64,000 nt of DNA from Verrucomicrobiota bacterium. GTDB taxonomy: Bacteria > Verrucomicrobiota > Verrucomicrobiia > Limisphaerales > UBA11358. The notes under the pieces were generated by a model that had not been told where the DNA came from, did no database searches, and saw only the letters and a list, made by a program, of their open reading frames with translations. Numbering within the stretch: the stretch's first letter is position 1; each line of letters starts with the position of its first letter. Shown piece by piece: positions 47,557 to 60,386 of this stretch. Location: assembly GCA_050008355.1 (NCBI GenBank), contig JBEKMT010000007.1, forward strand, positions 7,844-71,843, given 5' to 3'. The position numbers and the translations under genes are program-made.

Positions 47557-49116
47557 ATGAAATTCTTTTCGCGTTTATTCTGTGCGCTTGCCGTCGTCGC
47601 GTTTGTCTTTGTCGGTCCGACGTCCGCTGTCGCTGATCTGTTGACCAATGGTGGCGCCTCGGCGACAGCCACCACCGGCGATGTGGAGAACTCGGTGGTG
47701 AAGATTTTTTCAACCATGCGCTACCCCGAGCTTTCCCGGCCGTGGACCAAAGGCTCCGCGACCGAGGTGACCGGAAGTGGCGTGGTCATCAAGGGTAGAC
47801 GCATTTTGACCAACGCGCACGTCGTCGGGTATGCCAGCCAGATCCAGGTGCAGGCCAATCTCGCCGGCGACAAAGATTCTGCGACGGTTGAATTCATCGC
47901 ACCGGGAATTGATCTGGCGGTATTGAAACTGGACGACAACAGTTTTTTTGACACTCATCCACCTTTGGACATGACCCAAACTCTGCCCGAGATCAAGGAT
48001 AGCGTGATGGCCTACGGTTATCCCGAAGGAGGAAACAGCTTGTCCATCACCAAGGGAATTGTGTCGCGCATTGAGTTCACCAGCTACAATTATTCGGTCG
48101 GCGGCTTGCGGATTCAAATTGATGCCGCCATCAACCCCGGCAACAGCGGCGGACCGGCCGTCGTCGGCGATAAAATGATCGGCCTGGCTTTCAGCCGCCT
48201 GGACAGCGCCAATAATATTGGCTACATCATCCCGTGCGAGGAGATCAATTTGTTTCTGCAAGACATTGCCGACGGCCACTATGACGGCAAGCCCGCCATG
48301 TACGATGAACTGCAAACCCTGGAAAATTCCGCGCTGCGCCCGTTTCTGAAGATTGGCAGCTCAGTCCACGGCATGATCGTCAACCACCCGGCGAGCGATG
48401 CGCCGGATTATCCTTTGAAAGAATGGGATGTCATCACAAAAATCGGTGATACCCCGGTGGACGATCAGGGGATGATCAAATTGACCGATGACATCAACGT
48501 CCAGTTCCCCTATCTGGTGCAGAAAATTGCAAAGGACGGAAAAGTTCCTTTAACCGTGGTGCGCGCCGGTAAGGAAATCCCGATCCAGCTTCCAGTCTCA
48601 AACAAACGCCCGCAAGTCATCCGCGATTTGGAAAACGATTATCCGTCCTACTTTATCTACGGTCCAATTGTATTCTCGGAGGCGACCAAAAATTTCGTTC
48701 GCGCCTTGACGGATGGTGAATATAGCGAGCGCGGAATCCGCCTTTTGCTTTATCTGGGCAGCCCGTTACTCGATCGTCTCGATGACAAGCCGGCTTTTGA
48801 AGGTGAACAACTGGTTGTGGTATCCTCTCCGTTTTTCCCCCACAGACTGGCAGAAGGCTATTCACAACCTTATTTCCAGGTTGTCAAAAGCGTCAATGGC
48901 GTCCCCATCAAAAATCTGGTTCATCTGGTCCAAGTCCTTCACGATTTGAAGGATGATTATGTCACGATTAATTTCGACAGCCGGATCGGAGAAACGCTTG
49001 TTTTCCCCCGCAAGGAAATGATAGAGGCCACCGACGATATTCTCACGGACAATGGGATCCGCAGTCAGGGTTCGCCCGACACCATGGCCGTATGGAACGC
49101 CAAAGCGGTGCCCTGA
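47557..49116 (+). CDS. Trypsin-like serine protease with PDZ domains (Deg/HtrA family)
   Basis: Signal peptide and catalytic triad motifs TNAHVV, DLAVL and QIDAAINPGNSGGP. Confidence 0.92.
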   Translation: MKFFSRLFCALAVVAFVFVGPTSAVADLLTNGGASATATTGDVENSVVKIFSTMRYPELSRPWTKGSATEVTGSGVVIKGRRILTNAHVVGYASQIQVQANLAGDKDSATVEFIAPGIDLAVLKLDDNSFFDTHPPLDMTQTLPEIKDSVMAYGYPEGGNSLSITKGIVSRIEFTSYNYSVGGLRIQIDAAINPGNSGGPAVVGDKMIGLAFSRLDSANNIGYIIPCEEINLFLQDIADGHYDGKPAMYDELQTLENSALRPFLKIGSSVHGMIVNHPASDAPDYPLKEWDVITKIGDTPVDDQGMIKLTDDINVQFPYLVQKIAKDGKVPLTVVRAGKEIPIQLPVSNKRPQVIRDLENDYPSYFIYGPIVFSEATKNFVRALTDGEYSERGIRLLLYLGSPLLDRLDDKPAFEGEQLVVVSSPFFPHRLAEGYSQPYFQVVKSVNGVPIKNLVHLVQVLHDLKDDYVTINFDSRIGETLVFPRKEMIEATDDILTDNGIRSQGSPDTMAVWNAKAVP

Positions 49117-49136
49117 ATTGATTAACATTTCCCGCC

Positions 49137-50660
49137 ATGCGACTAAGCCTTTCCGTCCTCATCATGCTGGCGTCGGTCACCTGCCTATTTGCCGAGGATG
49201 TTAACTCGTCTGCCCCCGGAAACTTCTTTCCACCTCTCCCCGCGCGCGAATTTCGCGCCGCATGGGTGGCCACCGTCGCAAATATCGACTGGCCGTCCAA
49301 GCCCGGATTGTCCGTCGCCCAACAACAAGCCGAACTGGTGTCGCTGCTCGACCGCGCCGCGGAATTGCATTTCAACGCGATCCTATTCCAGGTTCGCCCG
49401 GTGAGCGATGCGCTTTACTCTTCGCCCATTGAGCCGTGGTCGGAATATCTCACGGGCCGCCAGGGCCAATCGCCGGTGCCGTTTTACGACCCGCTCGCCT
49501 TTGCCATCGCCGAAGCTCACCGGCGCGGGCTGGAACTGCATGCGTGGTTTAATCCTTTCCGCGCCGGCCATCCCGAATCCAAATCACCGCACGCCCCGAA
49601 TCACATCACCAACACGCACCCTGAACTCGTCTGGCATTACGGCGATCAAACCTGGCTCAATCCCGGGGAACCGGCGGCGCAGGCCCGGGCGCTGGCCGTC
49701 GTGCTCGATGTCGTAAAACGCTATGATGTGGATGGCGTGGTGTTGGACGATTACTTTTATCCATACCCCATAAAGAATTCGGCGGGCCAGGACGTGGATT
49801 TTCCCGACGCCGCGACCTGGGAAAAATACGGGGCTGCCAGCGGCCTGAACCGCGAGGACTGGCGGCGCGACAACGTGAATCGCTTTGTACTTGAAATGTC
49901 CCGGATCATTAAGGCTGCCAAACCCTGGGTGCAATTCGGGATCAGCCCTTTTGGCATCTGGCGTCCGCAAAATCCGGCGCAAATCAAGGGCTTTGATGCC
50001 TACCAGAAAATTGATGCCGACTCGCGCAAATGGCTTGCCAACGGCTGGATTGACTATCTCTCTCCTCAACTCTACTGGCCGATCGCCTCGCGGGAACAAA
50101 GTTTTCCGATCCTGTTAAATTGGTGGCGCGCGCAAAATCTCCGCGAACGCCATGTCTGGCCAGCACTTGCGGATTCAGCGGTCGGCGGCAAATTTTCCAT
50201 TGAAGAAATTCCGCACCAAACCCTGCTCATCCGGCAGCAGTACGACCCCGGCGAAATCCATTATCACTTGCGCAACGTGCTGGATAATCCCGTTCTCGGT
50301 GGAATCATCCGTGCGCAATATGCTCAGCCGGCGCTTGTCCCGGCCTCACCCTGGATTGATGCCACACTGCCGCCACGGCCCGGATTGATCGTGGATACCT
50401 GGAAAACCTCCGCCCACGTTGACTGGGAAAATTCACCGGGCAAGACCGCCCGCTGGTGGGTCTTTCAGACCCGCTCGAAGGGTCTCTGGAAGACACAAAT
50501 TTTTCCAGCTGGTCAGAACGATGTTTATTTGGACAATTCCAATTTGGACGCCATCGCCGTACGCGCCGTGGATCGTTTGGGCAATTTGAGCGGGCCAACC
50601 ATCTGGACGCCCAATAAAACCTGGCCGGAGCACGTGCATCTGCCGGGAACGGGTCAATGA
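49137..50660 (+). CDS. Glycosyl hydrolase-like 10 family protein (YddW/DigH-like)
   Basis: EFRAAWVATVANIDWPS, FQVRP..DALY, LELHAWFNPFRA, DGVVLDDYFYPYP and DYLSPQLYW motifs. Confidence 0.92.
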   Translation: MRLSLSVLIMLASVTCLFAEDVNSSAPGNFFPPLPAREFRAAWVATVANIDWPSKPGLSVAQQQAELVSLLDRAAELHFNAILFQVRPVSDALYSSPIEPWSEYLTGRQGQSPVPFYDPLAFAIAEAHRRGLELHAWFNPFRAGHPESKSPHAPNHITNTHPELVWHYGDQTWLNPGEPAAQARALAVVLDVVKRYDVDGVVLDDYFYPYPIKNSAGQDVDFPDAATWEKYGAASGLNREDWRRDNVNRFVLEMSRIIKAAKPWVQFGISPFGIWRPQNPAQIKGFDAYQKIDADSRKWLANGWIDYLSPQLYWPIASREQSFPILLNWWRAQNLRERHVWPALADSAVGGKFSIEEIPHQTLLIRQQYDPGEIHYHLRNVLDNPVLGGIIRAQYAQPALVPASPWIDATLPPRPGLIVDTWKTSAHVDWENSPGKTARWWVFQTRSKGLWKTQIFPAGQNDVYLDNSNLDAIAVRAVDRLGNLSGPTIWTPNKTWPEHVHLPGTGQ

Positions 50661-50725
50661 AAATCCCGCCAGCCGGTGAGCGGGTTCTCACGCCGGATGA
50701 CGCAGGTCCCCGGCGCAAACATATT

Positions 50726-51604
50726 TCATTTCGTCAACGATGTATAACCGGCCACGATGTCGAACAGTTCCTCATCAATTGAATTTTGGCGCAGCCGGTA
50801 GAAAGTCCGGGTCAGCTCCGCGGACAATTCATCAATATTCTTTTCCGCACGTTGCATGGCAGCGAGACGACTGGCGTTCTCAGCGGCCAACGACTCGGCA
50901 CAGGCTTGAAACAGGGAGATGAAGAAGTATTCGCGAACGAGTGCGCGCACGGTCTCTTCATCGCTTCCTAAAACCTCGGGCAGTATTTTTGTCGGCCATT
51001 TAATTTGTGCGAACACTCGTTGCCATTGGATATCGAGCGGCAACAACCGCCGCCCAAAGGGTTCATAAAGAATCGCTGCTCGTGGACGATTGTGGAAAAT
51101 ATAAACGGGCCTATATTTGTTTTGGCTTCGTTGATATTCGATTTCAACCTGGACTTTCCCGACCAGCGGCGTGACGGTTGCTACAGAATTGGGAACCTCG
51201 AATTTTCCCGCCGGTGACCAGCCGGCATCGGCTAGGGAAGCGTAAACGCGTTCGCCAACCGCCCAGATTCTTTTTCTGCCCGGCAAAGCCCCCAGCGACT
51301 TCACAGCAAAATCGGCCACCACTTCATTGAACTGGCCAACCAGTCCCTGATCCGAACCAAAAACAATCGCCAGGATTTCTTCCTCCTCGTTTTTGTTGCC
51401 GGATGGCGAAGCAATAGGGCCGCCTCGACGAAGGCATACTCCCAATCCTAGACTCAAAGCACGCTCATAATCGACCAGCGCGCGCACAGCGGATTCATAT
51501 TGATTGATGCTGGAGGCGGCGAGGACTTTCATCGTGCGGACAACGGATTTGAGCTTGTTTGCTCCGACGATCTTGTGACGCAGACTGGCCAGGGTGTCGC
51601 TCAT
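50726..51604 (-). CDS. atpG: N-type ATPase gamma subunit
   Basis: [32 protein letters not shown] and RQNSIDEEL motifs. Confidence 0.95.
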   Translation of the reverse strand: MSDTLASLRHKIVGANKLKSVVRTMKVLAASSINQYESAVRALVDYERALSLGLGVCLRRGGPIASPSGNKNEEEEILAIVFGSDQGLVGQFNEVVADFAVKSLGALPGRKRIWAVGERVYASLADAGWSPAGKFEVPNSVATVTPLVGKVQVEIEYQRSQNKYRPVYIFHNRPRAAILYEPFGRRLLPLDIQWQRVFAQIKWPTKILPEVLGSDEETVRALVREYFFISLFQACAESLAAENASRLAAMQRAEKNIDELSAELTRTFYRLRQNSIDEELFDIVAGYTSLTK

Positions 51605-53166
51605 GACTTTGCCTGGTTTGCCGGCGGCGGTTCCGGATTAACACGGAAAGCAGCCAACGCTTTTTCAGCAATCTGCAGGATGGCTGCGCGGTCCGCCGGG
51701 CTGGGCTTTTTGCCGGAGAGGAATCGCCCGCGCACATCGTGTGGAATTTCCGCGACCGCCCGGCGAATGGCGAGTTCGGCGTCGCGCATTCGCATGAGCG
51801 GCACCTCCGCAAAAAGCCGCTCGATCAAGGCCAGCAAGGTGGTGATTTGTTCCAGGACGGAAACACTCTCAAATTCGGATTGTTTGAGGCAGGCGCGAAT
51901 ACGCAGGCCATGATCAATGACGCGGCGAGTGTTCTCATCGAGTTTCGTGCCGAAACGGGAGAAGGTTTCCAACTCCTCGAATTGTGAATAGGCGAGCTTC
52001 AGGTTGCCGGTGATGGCGTGGTAAGCGGCAAGCTGTGCTTTGCCACCGACGCGCGAAACGGATTTTGCCACGTCCACGGCGGGCAAGATCCCGAGCTCGA
52101 ACAACGTGGGTGAAAGGTAAAGCTGGCCATCGGTGATGGAAATGAGATTGGTGGGAATATATGCTGCAATATCCTGCGCGTCCGTTTCGATGATGGGTAA
52201 AGCCGTTAGGGATCCGCCGCCGAGTTCCTGGAGGAGATGGGTGGCTCGTTCCAGCAGGCGCGAATGAATGTAAAAAATGTCACCGGGAAACGCCTCGCGT
52301 CCGGGCGGGCGTCGCAAGAGTAGCGAAAGCTCGCGGTATGCGCGGGCATGCTGGGTGAGATCGTCATAAATGATGAGCACGTCGCGCCCGGTTTCCATCA
52401 AATGTTCGGCAATGCTGGTGGCCGCATAAGGCGCGATATAATTGAGGCCCGGGGCGTCGTTCCCTTCGCTTACCACCGCGAGCGTATAATCCATGGCGCC
52501 GTGTTCCTGGAGTTCCGCCACCACTTTGGCGACCGAGGACGCACGCTGGCCGATGGCGCAATAAACACAAACAACGTTCTGGTCGCGTTGGTTGAGGATG
52601 GTGTTGAGAGCAATGGCGGTTTTGCCGGTCTGGCGATCGCCGAGAATCAATTCGCGCTGGCCGCGGCCGATGGGTATGAGCGCGTCGATCACCTTGATGC
52701 CGGTTTGCAACGGAGCTGTTACCGGCGCGCGATCCATGATGGCTTTTGCATCCCGTTCTATTGGTAGCCGTCGTGCTGTCGTGATGGGTGGCTTTCCATC
52801 CAGCGCACGACCGAGCGGATCAATGACTCGACCGATCAATTCGACTCCCACCGCGACATCCATCACCCGCCCGGTGCGCTCGACTTCATCACCCGCGCGC
52901 AGTCGCGAATAGTCTCCCAGCAGAACAACCCCCACTTCCGTTTCATCCACGTTGAAGGCGATGCCAAACATGTCACCGGGGAATTTGATCAGTTCTTCAA
53001 ATCCGACGCCCGGCAAACCCGTGACAGTGACAATGCCGGTGGAAACAGTGGCGATCGTACCGACCTCTTGGGATTTAAACTGCGGCTCAAAATTTTCCCG
53101 CGCCTGACTCATGCCGGTAAAAACCTGGTTGAGCGTCTTCAAGATGGTTTCAGACGGCGAGTTCAT
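51601..53166 (-). CDS. atpA: N-type ATPase alpha subunit
   Basis: [29 protein letters not shown] and SVSRVGG motifs. Confidence 0.97.
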   Translation of the reverse strand: MNSPSETILKTLNQVFTGMSQARENFEPQFKSQEVGTIATVSTGIVTVTGLPGVGFEELIKFPGDMFGIAFNVDETEVGVVLLGDYSRLRAGDEVERTGRVMDVAVGVELIGRVIDPLGRALDGKPPITTARRLPIERDAKAIMDRAPVTAPLQTGIKVIDALIPIGRGQRELILGDRQTGKTAIALNTILNQRDQNVVCVYCAIGQRASSVAKVVAELQEHGAMDYTLAVVSEGNDAPGLNYIAPYAATSIAEHLMETGRDVLIIYDDLTQHARAYRELSLLLRRPPGREAFPGDIFYIHSRLLERATHLLQELGGGSLTALPIIETDAQDIAAYIPTNLISITDGQLYLSPTLFELGILPAVDVAKSVSRVGGKAQLAAYHAITGNLKLAYSQFEELETFSRFGTKLDENTRRVIDHGLRIRACLKQSEFESVSVLEQITTLLALIERLFAEVPLMRMRDAELAIRRAVAEIPHDVRGRFLSGKKPSPADRAAILQIAEKALAAFRVNPEPPPANQAKS

Positions 53167-53186
53167 TTTGAGTTTAAAAGCTCTTC

Positions 53187-53966
53187 TTAAGGCGACACTG
53201 CTGATTCTATTTTGGAATCCAGCATTTCACCGACTTTTTGTTCCAGCGACGCAAGATAATCCGTGATGCTCCACGCGATTTTCTGTCCGTTGGCCAGGAG
53301 TTCCATTCCGCATGTCAGATCGGTCGCCACTTCAAACCGGATCCGGATTTCTGCCGAACACATTTCGTTGAGCGCATTTTGGATCGCGATTCTTTGATCT
53401 GGCGTCAGGTCAAAGGTGCTGCGGACACACGCGGGTTCCGATGCTGTCTTGAGTGCGGGGACAAGTTTTTCTTTCGCCTGGTCATCGAGTGCGCGCAGCC
53501 GGCGAAGGAATACTTCGGCCAACGATGCTTCCAGGCTTGTCGAAGAAAGATCCGCGAGTGCTTTGCGGGTGATGGCAAAAACCTCCTGTTGAGCTCGGCC
53601 CACTATTTCGCGGTTCAGATTTTCGCGTTCGCTTCTGACGGATTCCTGCAATTTGGAACGTAACGCTTCGGAATCACTGCGCGCCTTTTCCAGCATTTTC
53701 TGTCGTTCCGTTTTCACGGTTTCCTCCGCCTGGCCCAACATCGCCGTTCGCTGGCGGTCAAACTCCTCATTCTTGTGCTGGAATTCAGCTTGTATTCTTT
53801 GCGCCCCGATTTTTATTGCCGCGGCATCTTGAAGTTGATCCGCGATCAACTTTTCCCGCGTGGCAATGGCCTTGAGCACCGGTTGGTAAAGAAACCGTTT
53901 CAACAGCCAGACCAGGATCAGGAAGTTGGCTGCTTGAGCGCAGACGGTGAACCAGTCAATGAGCAT
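53187..53966 (-). CDS. atpF: N-type ATPase b subunit with delta-like C-terminal extension
   Basis: [26 protein letters not shown], a long coiled coil, then L.CG.EL..NG.KIAWS..DYL. Confidence 0.92.
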   Translation of the reverse strand: MLIDWFTVCAQAANFLILVWLLKRFLYQPVLKAIATREKLIADQLQDAAAIKIGAQRIQAEFQHKNEEFDRQRTAMLGQAEETVKTERQKMLEKARSDSEALRSKLQESVRSERENLNREIVGRAQQEVFAITRKALADLSSTSLEASLAEVFLRRLRALDDQAKEKLVPALKTASEPACVRSTFDLTPDQRIAIQNALNEMCSAEIRIRFEVATDLTCGMELLANGQKIAWSITDYLASLEQKVGEMLDSKIESAVSP

Positions 53967-53969
53967 AAT

Positions 53970-54251
53970 TCATTTCCCGGCGGCTTGGGCGATGGCGTGA
54001 TTCCAAAACGGATTCGCAAACAGCAGAATCATGGAAACCACGAAGCAATAAATGGCCAGGGATTCAATCATGGCCAAGCCCACGAACAAGGTTCGCGTGA
54101 TCGTGGAGGTGGCGTCCGGTTGCTGCGCCAAGGCGGTCAATGCCGCGGCGACCGCCCGGCCCTGACCCATGCCCGGGCCGATGACGCCCAGACCGATGGT
54201 AATGCCGGCGGACAGAATCGAAGCCGCCGCGATGATGGTGATGTTATCCAT
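53970..54251 (-). CDS. atpE: N-type ATPase c subunit
   Basis: GPGMGQG, QQPDA, TLFVGLAMIESLAIY and FANPFW motifs. Confidence 0.96.
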   Translation of the reverse strand: MDNITIIAAASILSAGITIGLGVIGPGMGQGRAVAAALTALAQQPDATSTITRTLFVGLAMIESLAIYCFVVSMILLFANPFWNHAIAQAAGK

Positions 54252-54262
54252 AACTTTTTCCT

Positions 54263-54952
54263 CTAGTTTTCTTTGTTGTTGGTTCTTTGGTGGGTGCCGA
54301 TGGCCGCGGCGATATAGACCGTCGCCAAAACACCGAAGATATAAGCCTGAACCATGCCGATGAGCAGACCCAGGGCGCTCATGATCATTGGAAAAATGAG
54401 TGGAGTAATGATCAGAAGGATCGCCAGAATCATGGTTCCACTCATCATGTTGCCGAACAAACGCATGGCGAGAGCAAGCGTGTGTGTCAGCTCGCTGACA
54501 ATGTTGAACGGCAGCATGATGATTGTGGGTTCCGCAAACGATTTAAGATACGCGGCCAAACCGCGCTCGCGAATGCCATAATAGGGCACAGCCACAAAGA
54601 CGCTCAGGGCGAGCGCGGTCGTCGTGGAAAGCGAACCCGTGGGCGGTTCGTATACCGGAAAAACCGTAAGGATATTGGCCGTGGCAATGAATAAAAACAA
54701 CGTGCCGATGAATCCGATGTATTTTTCCGGCTGCGACAGACCGACTTCTTCAATCTGCTTTTTTATGCCGGCCACAATGATTTCCAGCGCCGCTTGCCAG
54801 CCGGAAATTTCAATTTCCGTGCTTAGCTTTCGCGTGATCAGCCACGCGCCCGGAACCATCAGGAGCATCAATCCCCAAGTGGTCACGATGGTTTCATTCA
54901 GCTTTAACCAGCCGTGCTGCCAGAAAACCAAATCGTCGGAACTAAGGTGCAT
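54263..54952 (-). CDS. atpB: N-type ATPase a subunit
   Basis: PPTGSLSTT, LALAMRLFGNMMSG and VQAYIF motifs. Confidence 0.95.
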   Translation of the reverse strand: MHLSSDDLVFWQHGWLKLNETIVTTWGLMLLMVPGAWLITRKLSTEIEISGWQAALEIIVAGIKKQIEEVGLSQPEKYIGFIGTLFLFIATANILTVFPVYEPPTGSLSTTTALALSVFVAVPYYGIRERGLAAYLKSFAEPTIIMLPFNIVSELTHTLALAMRLFGNMMSGTMILAILLIITPLIFPMIMSALGLLIGMVQAYIFGVLATVYIAAAIGTHQRTNNKEN

Positions 54953-55232
54953 GGTTTGTCTCCGGTTTTCGGCGGGTTAATCTCAAAGCAACGAAGCGGG
55001 CGACGACAAATCCGAGCAGGCAAACGGCCGCCCTTTTCCAATCGCCCCGCGCAATCAGGTAAAATCCAGCCAGGGCCACGGCAGTCCGGAACAGCGAACT
55101 TCCAAGAAACCAAAGTGTGGGATGTTTGGCGGTCACGCCTTTGCGAACGGTCCACCACAGCCCGCCGAAAAAAAATGCGCCGAGCAAAACCCCCGCAACC
55201 AACACCGCCGTCATGATCAGGATTTCATTCAT
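54942..55232 (-). CDS. atpR: N-ATPase accessory subunit AtpR
   Basis: LGAFFFGGLWWTV and two Arg residues in TM helices (LFRT, VARF), at the position between atpQ and atpB. Confidence 0.88.
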   Translation of the reverse strand: MNEILIMTAVLVAGVLLGAFFFGGLWWTVRKGVTAKHPTLWFLGSSLFRTAVALAGFYLIARGDWKRAAVCLLGFVVARFVALRLTRRKPETNHAP

Positions 55233-55555
55233 CTTGGTCTTGCGAATCATCGTGGATGGATTTGTTTTCCTCGGCGACCCAACGCCATGCGTTCAGACAA
55301 CCAAGGCACAAGCCGATAATCAGCAGTGTTAAGGTCCACGAATGTTTGCCGGGATATTTGGCATCGAGCCAATGGCCCAGCATGGCCGCGAGCAATGTGG
55401 GAACAGCCACGGACCAGCCGACGATTCCGAACATCCGGAAGCCGAACCAGGCACTTTGTGGCGCGCGTCGTCTGGCCTTAAGTTTGCGCGTCTCCTGCTC
55501 GCCCACCTTCTGGCTGAACGTCTGGGCGCGTTTCGACGGTCGGAGGTCGGGATTG

Positions 55556-55563
<8 letters not shown>
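55225..55563 (-). CDS. atpQ: N-ATPase AtpQ (AtpZ/AtpI-like) protein
   Basis: GIVGWSVAVPTL..LG.WLD..SWTLTLL..G...G.LNAW.WV motif. Confidence 0.88.
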
Positions 55564-57392
<1,829 letters not shown>

Positions 57393-57982
57393 CTATTCGG
57401 CTGACACTCCCGCTCCAAAGCCTTCTGGTGCCCGGCGTCTCATTAACTTTGTTTTTGATGGATTTGCATCTTTGCTTTAGCCCCCCGGACCTCGCTGCGT
57501 TCAAGCTCGCCTGAGTGAACAACTCCCACGCGAAGCCGCTCTCAGTTGATGGAATGAATAAATTAATTCATAACCCATCAATTAAGAGTCTAATTCTGCC
57601 GGCAAAGATTTACTTTGCGGGATTTGCAAAAACCTCACCGCTTTTTGCCAATATTGGAAAAAATCAGCACCGATGGTTAGAGCGCAACTAATTGCTAGTC
57701 AACCTCATTTGTGTAATACTTGGCGGTCTCCAAGGTAATCCAGCCCTTGTCGTGCAATTGCCGCAAAGACCGATCAACACTCAAAAGGTTCGGAGCTCGA
57801 ATGGTTCACATACCATGACTGCACACTTTGGATGAAAATAACCGCGCAAAAAATACCAGACTTTTGAGATCACGATTGGCAAAGGCATTTCATCTGCGGC
57901 GGGAACAAGGCCGAAATCGGCTATGCTGAAGATGGCGCAAGGAAAAACCTGACTTTCCCCCGGTTTCAGCATTGATGGCCAG

Positions 57983-58381
57983 TGGTTTTGGAAGGGCTGT
58001 AAGCCGAATTTTGTCTGCGCCTTGCGGCGGAGAGAATCATTTGTCTTAGCGACCGATACCCGAAACCTGTTTCGCTTTCACGAAACACGGAGCGGGCCGC
58101 TCCTCGGTTTCCTATTTGGCCTTGCACCCGATGGGGTTTTCCCTGCCGCGCCGCTTGCGCGTCGCGCGGTGCGCTCTTACCGCACCTTTTCACCCTTGCC
58201 GCGTTTCTTGCGAAACGTGGCGGTCTGCTTTTCTGTGGCACTGTCCGTCGGAAGGTCTTTCAACCTTCCTCCCGTGTATATCTCCGACTTAAGTCGAAGT
58301 TACACGGCATCGCGCCCATTGGTGTTCGGACTTTCCTCTTTTGGCTCGCGCCAAAAGCGATCCTCCGCCCTTCCAAAACCA
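57983..58381 (-). ncRNA. rnpB: RNase P RNA (bacterial type A)
   Basis: Minus strand has GAGGAAAGTCCG near the 5' end, GGTGAAAAGGTGCGGTAAGAGCGCACCG, GGTGCAAGGCCAAATAGG and ACAAAATTCGGCTTAC near the 3' end. P1 is formed by GGTTTTGGAAGGGC pairing with GCCCTTCCAAAACC. Confidence 0.97.
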
Positions 58382-58430
58382 ATCTCAGCTTACACTAAAA
58401 AATGGATTTAACAAGCGGTTGCCGGATGTA

Positions 58431-59537
58431 TTATGGACTCGTTTTGGCAAGAATGTCGCGGATCACTGCGGCGCCATCCGGAAAATCTTTCAAAGCTTCT
58501 TTCCGCACCAGCAGGCGATGCGCGAGCACCGACACCGCAATTGTTTTCACGTGTTCGATCGTAACCGACGCGGAGCCTTGAATCGCCGCCAGCGCTTGCG
58601 CCGTGTGGAACAATCCCAGCGAACCTCGCGGGCTGGCACCCAGCCGTAATGCCGGATGTTCCCGCGTCGCGCGCGTTAATTCCACGAGATAACCACAAAC
58701 ATCCGTGCCGAGAGATATATTGCGAACGCCCCGCTGGCATTTCAAAATTTCATCTGCCGTGGTAATGGGCCTGAGTGTATCGATCGGATGCTGCTGTTGC
58801 GCACGAATGCACATTTCCTTTTCCTCCGCGGCGCTGGGATAACCGAGGCTTAGCCGGATCAAAAACCGGTCCATCTGCGCTTCCGGCAGCCGGAAGGTGC
58901 CCTCCTGTTCGATCGGATTTTGTGTCGCCATCACCATGAACGGTTTTTCAAGGCGATACGACGTGCGATCCATCGTCACCATGCCTTCCCCCATTGCTTC
59001 GAGCAGAGCCGCCTGCGTGCGCGGGCTGGCACGATTAATTTCATCCACCAGGACCATTTGTGAAAACAAAGGGCCGAAACGAAAGTCTTTTCGACCGGTG
59101 GTCGGGTCGAGAATGAAGTCACCAATGACATTTTCCGGCTGCAAATCCGGCGTGCATTGGATCCGTTTGAAGGAACAGCCGACGCTTTGTGCGATCGCCC
59201 GCGACAGCATGGTCTTCGCCACTCCGGGAACGTCTTCGAACAGGAGGTGGCCCTCGGCAAAAAGTCCGGCAACGGCGAGCCTGACCTGCTCCGGTTTGCC
59301 GACAATGACCCGTTCGACGTTGGTTATGATCTGCTGGGAAAGTTCGGCGAGCCTGGTTGCGGGATAAATCTCCTCCGGCGGCGGAGTCACCACCAGTTTG
59401 ATCTTTTCATTCGGCTCCCGGTTCTGGCGCGGTTGTAACAAGCTTTTGCCGCAACTGGGACAGGCGAATTCCTCGCCGACCAGCCAGTCAGGGATTTGAA
59501 AACTATGGCCGCAATGCTGACAAACACGTTTGGGCAT
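58431..59537 (-). CDS. MoxR-family AAA+ ATPase with N-terminal Zn ribbon
   Basis: EDVPGVAKT, RIQCTPDL, DEINRASPRTQAALLEAM, ATQNPIEQEGT and LGASPRG, plus N-terminal CQHC...CPSC. Confidence 0.93.
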   Translation of the reverse strand: MPKRVCQHCGHSFQIPDWLVGEEFACPSCGKSLLQPRQNREPNEKIKLVVTPPPEEIYPATRLAELSQQIITNVERVIVGKPEQVRLAVAGLFAEGHLLFEDVPGVAKTMLSRAIAQSVGCSFKRIQCTPDLQPENVIGDFILDPTTGRKDFRFGPLFSQMVLVDEINRASPRTQAALLEAMGEGMVTMDRTSYRLEKPFMVMATQNPIEQEGTFRLPEAQMDRFLIRLSLGYPSAAEEKEMCIRAQQQHPIDTLRPITTADEILKCQRGVRNISLGTDVCGYLVELTRATREHPALRLGASPRGSLGLFHTAQALAAIQGSASVTIEHVKTIAVSVLAHRLLVRKEALKDFPDGAAVIRDILAKTSP

Positions 59538-59570
59538 AAGAATTTGCGCCGGACGGGCGTGGTGGCTTTT

Positions 59571-60386
59571 TTAAACCACGACACCACGCTTCGACAGCAT
59601 GCTCATTGCATATCGTCCGGCTTTCATCCGCAACTTAGCTTTAGCGCCAAAGGTTTGCGACAAGATTTTCGCGGACAAAGTCACGGATTTTTTACCGGAG
59701 CCAAGCACGCGACCATTCTTCAAAATCAACACATGCGAAAACACCGGCATGATTTCCTCAACGTGATGAGTCACCAGAATCAGCGTTGGCGAACTCTGGC
59801 GGCGCCCCAGGCGCTGGATGAACTGCAAGAAATGTTCGCGTGCGGCGGGGTCCAATCCGGCGCACGGTTCATCCAAAATCAACACCTGTGGATGGGACAT
59901 TAACGCGCGACCAATCAACACCCGCTGGCGCTCGCCCTGCGAAAGTACGCCCCAAGCGCGGTCAGCCAGGTAAGTACATTCGATTTGCCTCAAAAGTCCG
60001 AGGGCTTCAGCCTTTTCGCGGCGGGTCAGCCGCCCCCAGAAATCAATCATCGCGTATTTACCGCTGGCGACGGATTCGAGCGCTGGTTCGTCGTCCGACA
60101 TCATTTGGCGCACGGAGGAACTGACGATACCAATTTTCTTGCGCAATTCGCGCCAATCGGATCGCCCATAAGTCTCTCCAAGCAGGGAAACTCTTCCGGC
60201 CGTCGGCATGAAATACCCGGTCAGGGCGCTCAGCAGTGAGGTCTTCCCGGAACCGTTTGCGCCGAGAATAACCCAATGCTGTCCATGCGCGACGTGCCAC
60301 GAGATTTCTTCCAAAATCACGGTCCCGCTACGCTTGATGCATAAACCTTCCACGTCTAAGACTGCCCGGGATGTCTTCAATTTCAC
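59571..60386 (-). CDS. ABC ATP-binding protein (YlmA/ModF-like)
   Basis: HWVILGANGSGKT, LSQGERQRV, ILDEPCAGLD and VTHHVEEI. No permease nearby. Confidence 0.9.
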   Translation of the reverse strand: MKLKTSRAVLDVEGLCIKRSGTVILEEISWHVAHGQHWVILGANGSGKTSLLSALTGYFMPTAGRVSLLGETYGRSDWRELRKKIGIVSSSVRQMMSDDEPALESVASGKYAMIDFWGRLTRREKAEALGLLRQIECTYLADRAWGVLSQGERQRVLIGRALMSHPQVLILDEPCAGLDPAAREHFLQFIQRLGRRQSSPTLILVTHHVEEIMPVFSHVLILKNGRVLGSGKKSVTLSAKILSQTFGAKAKLRMKAGRYAMSMLSKRGVVV

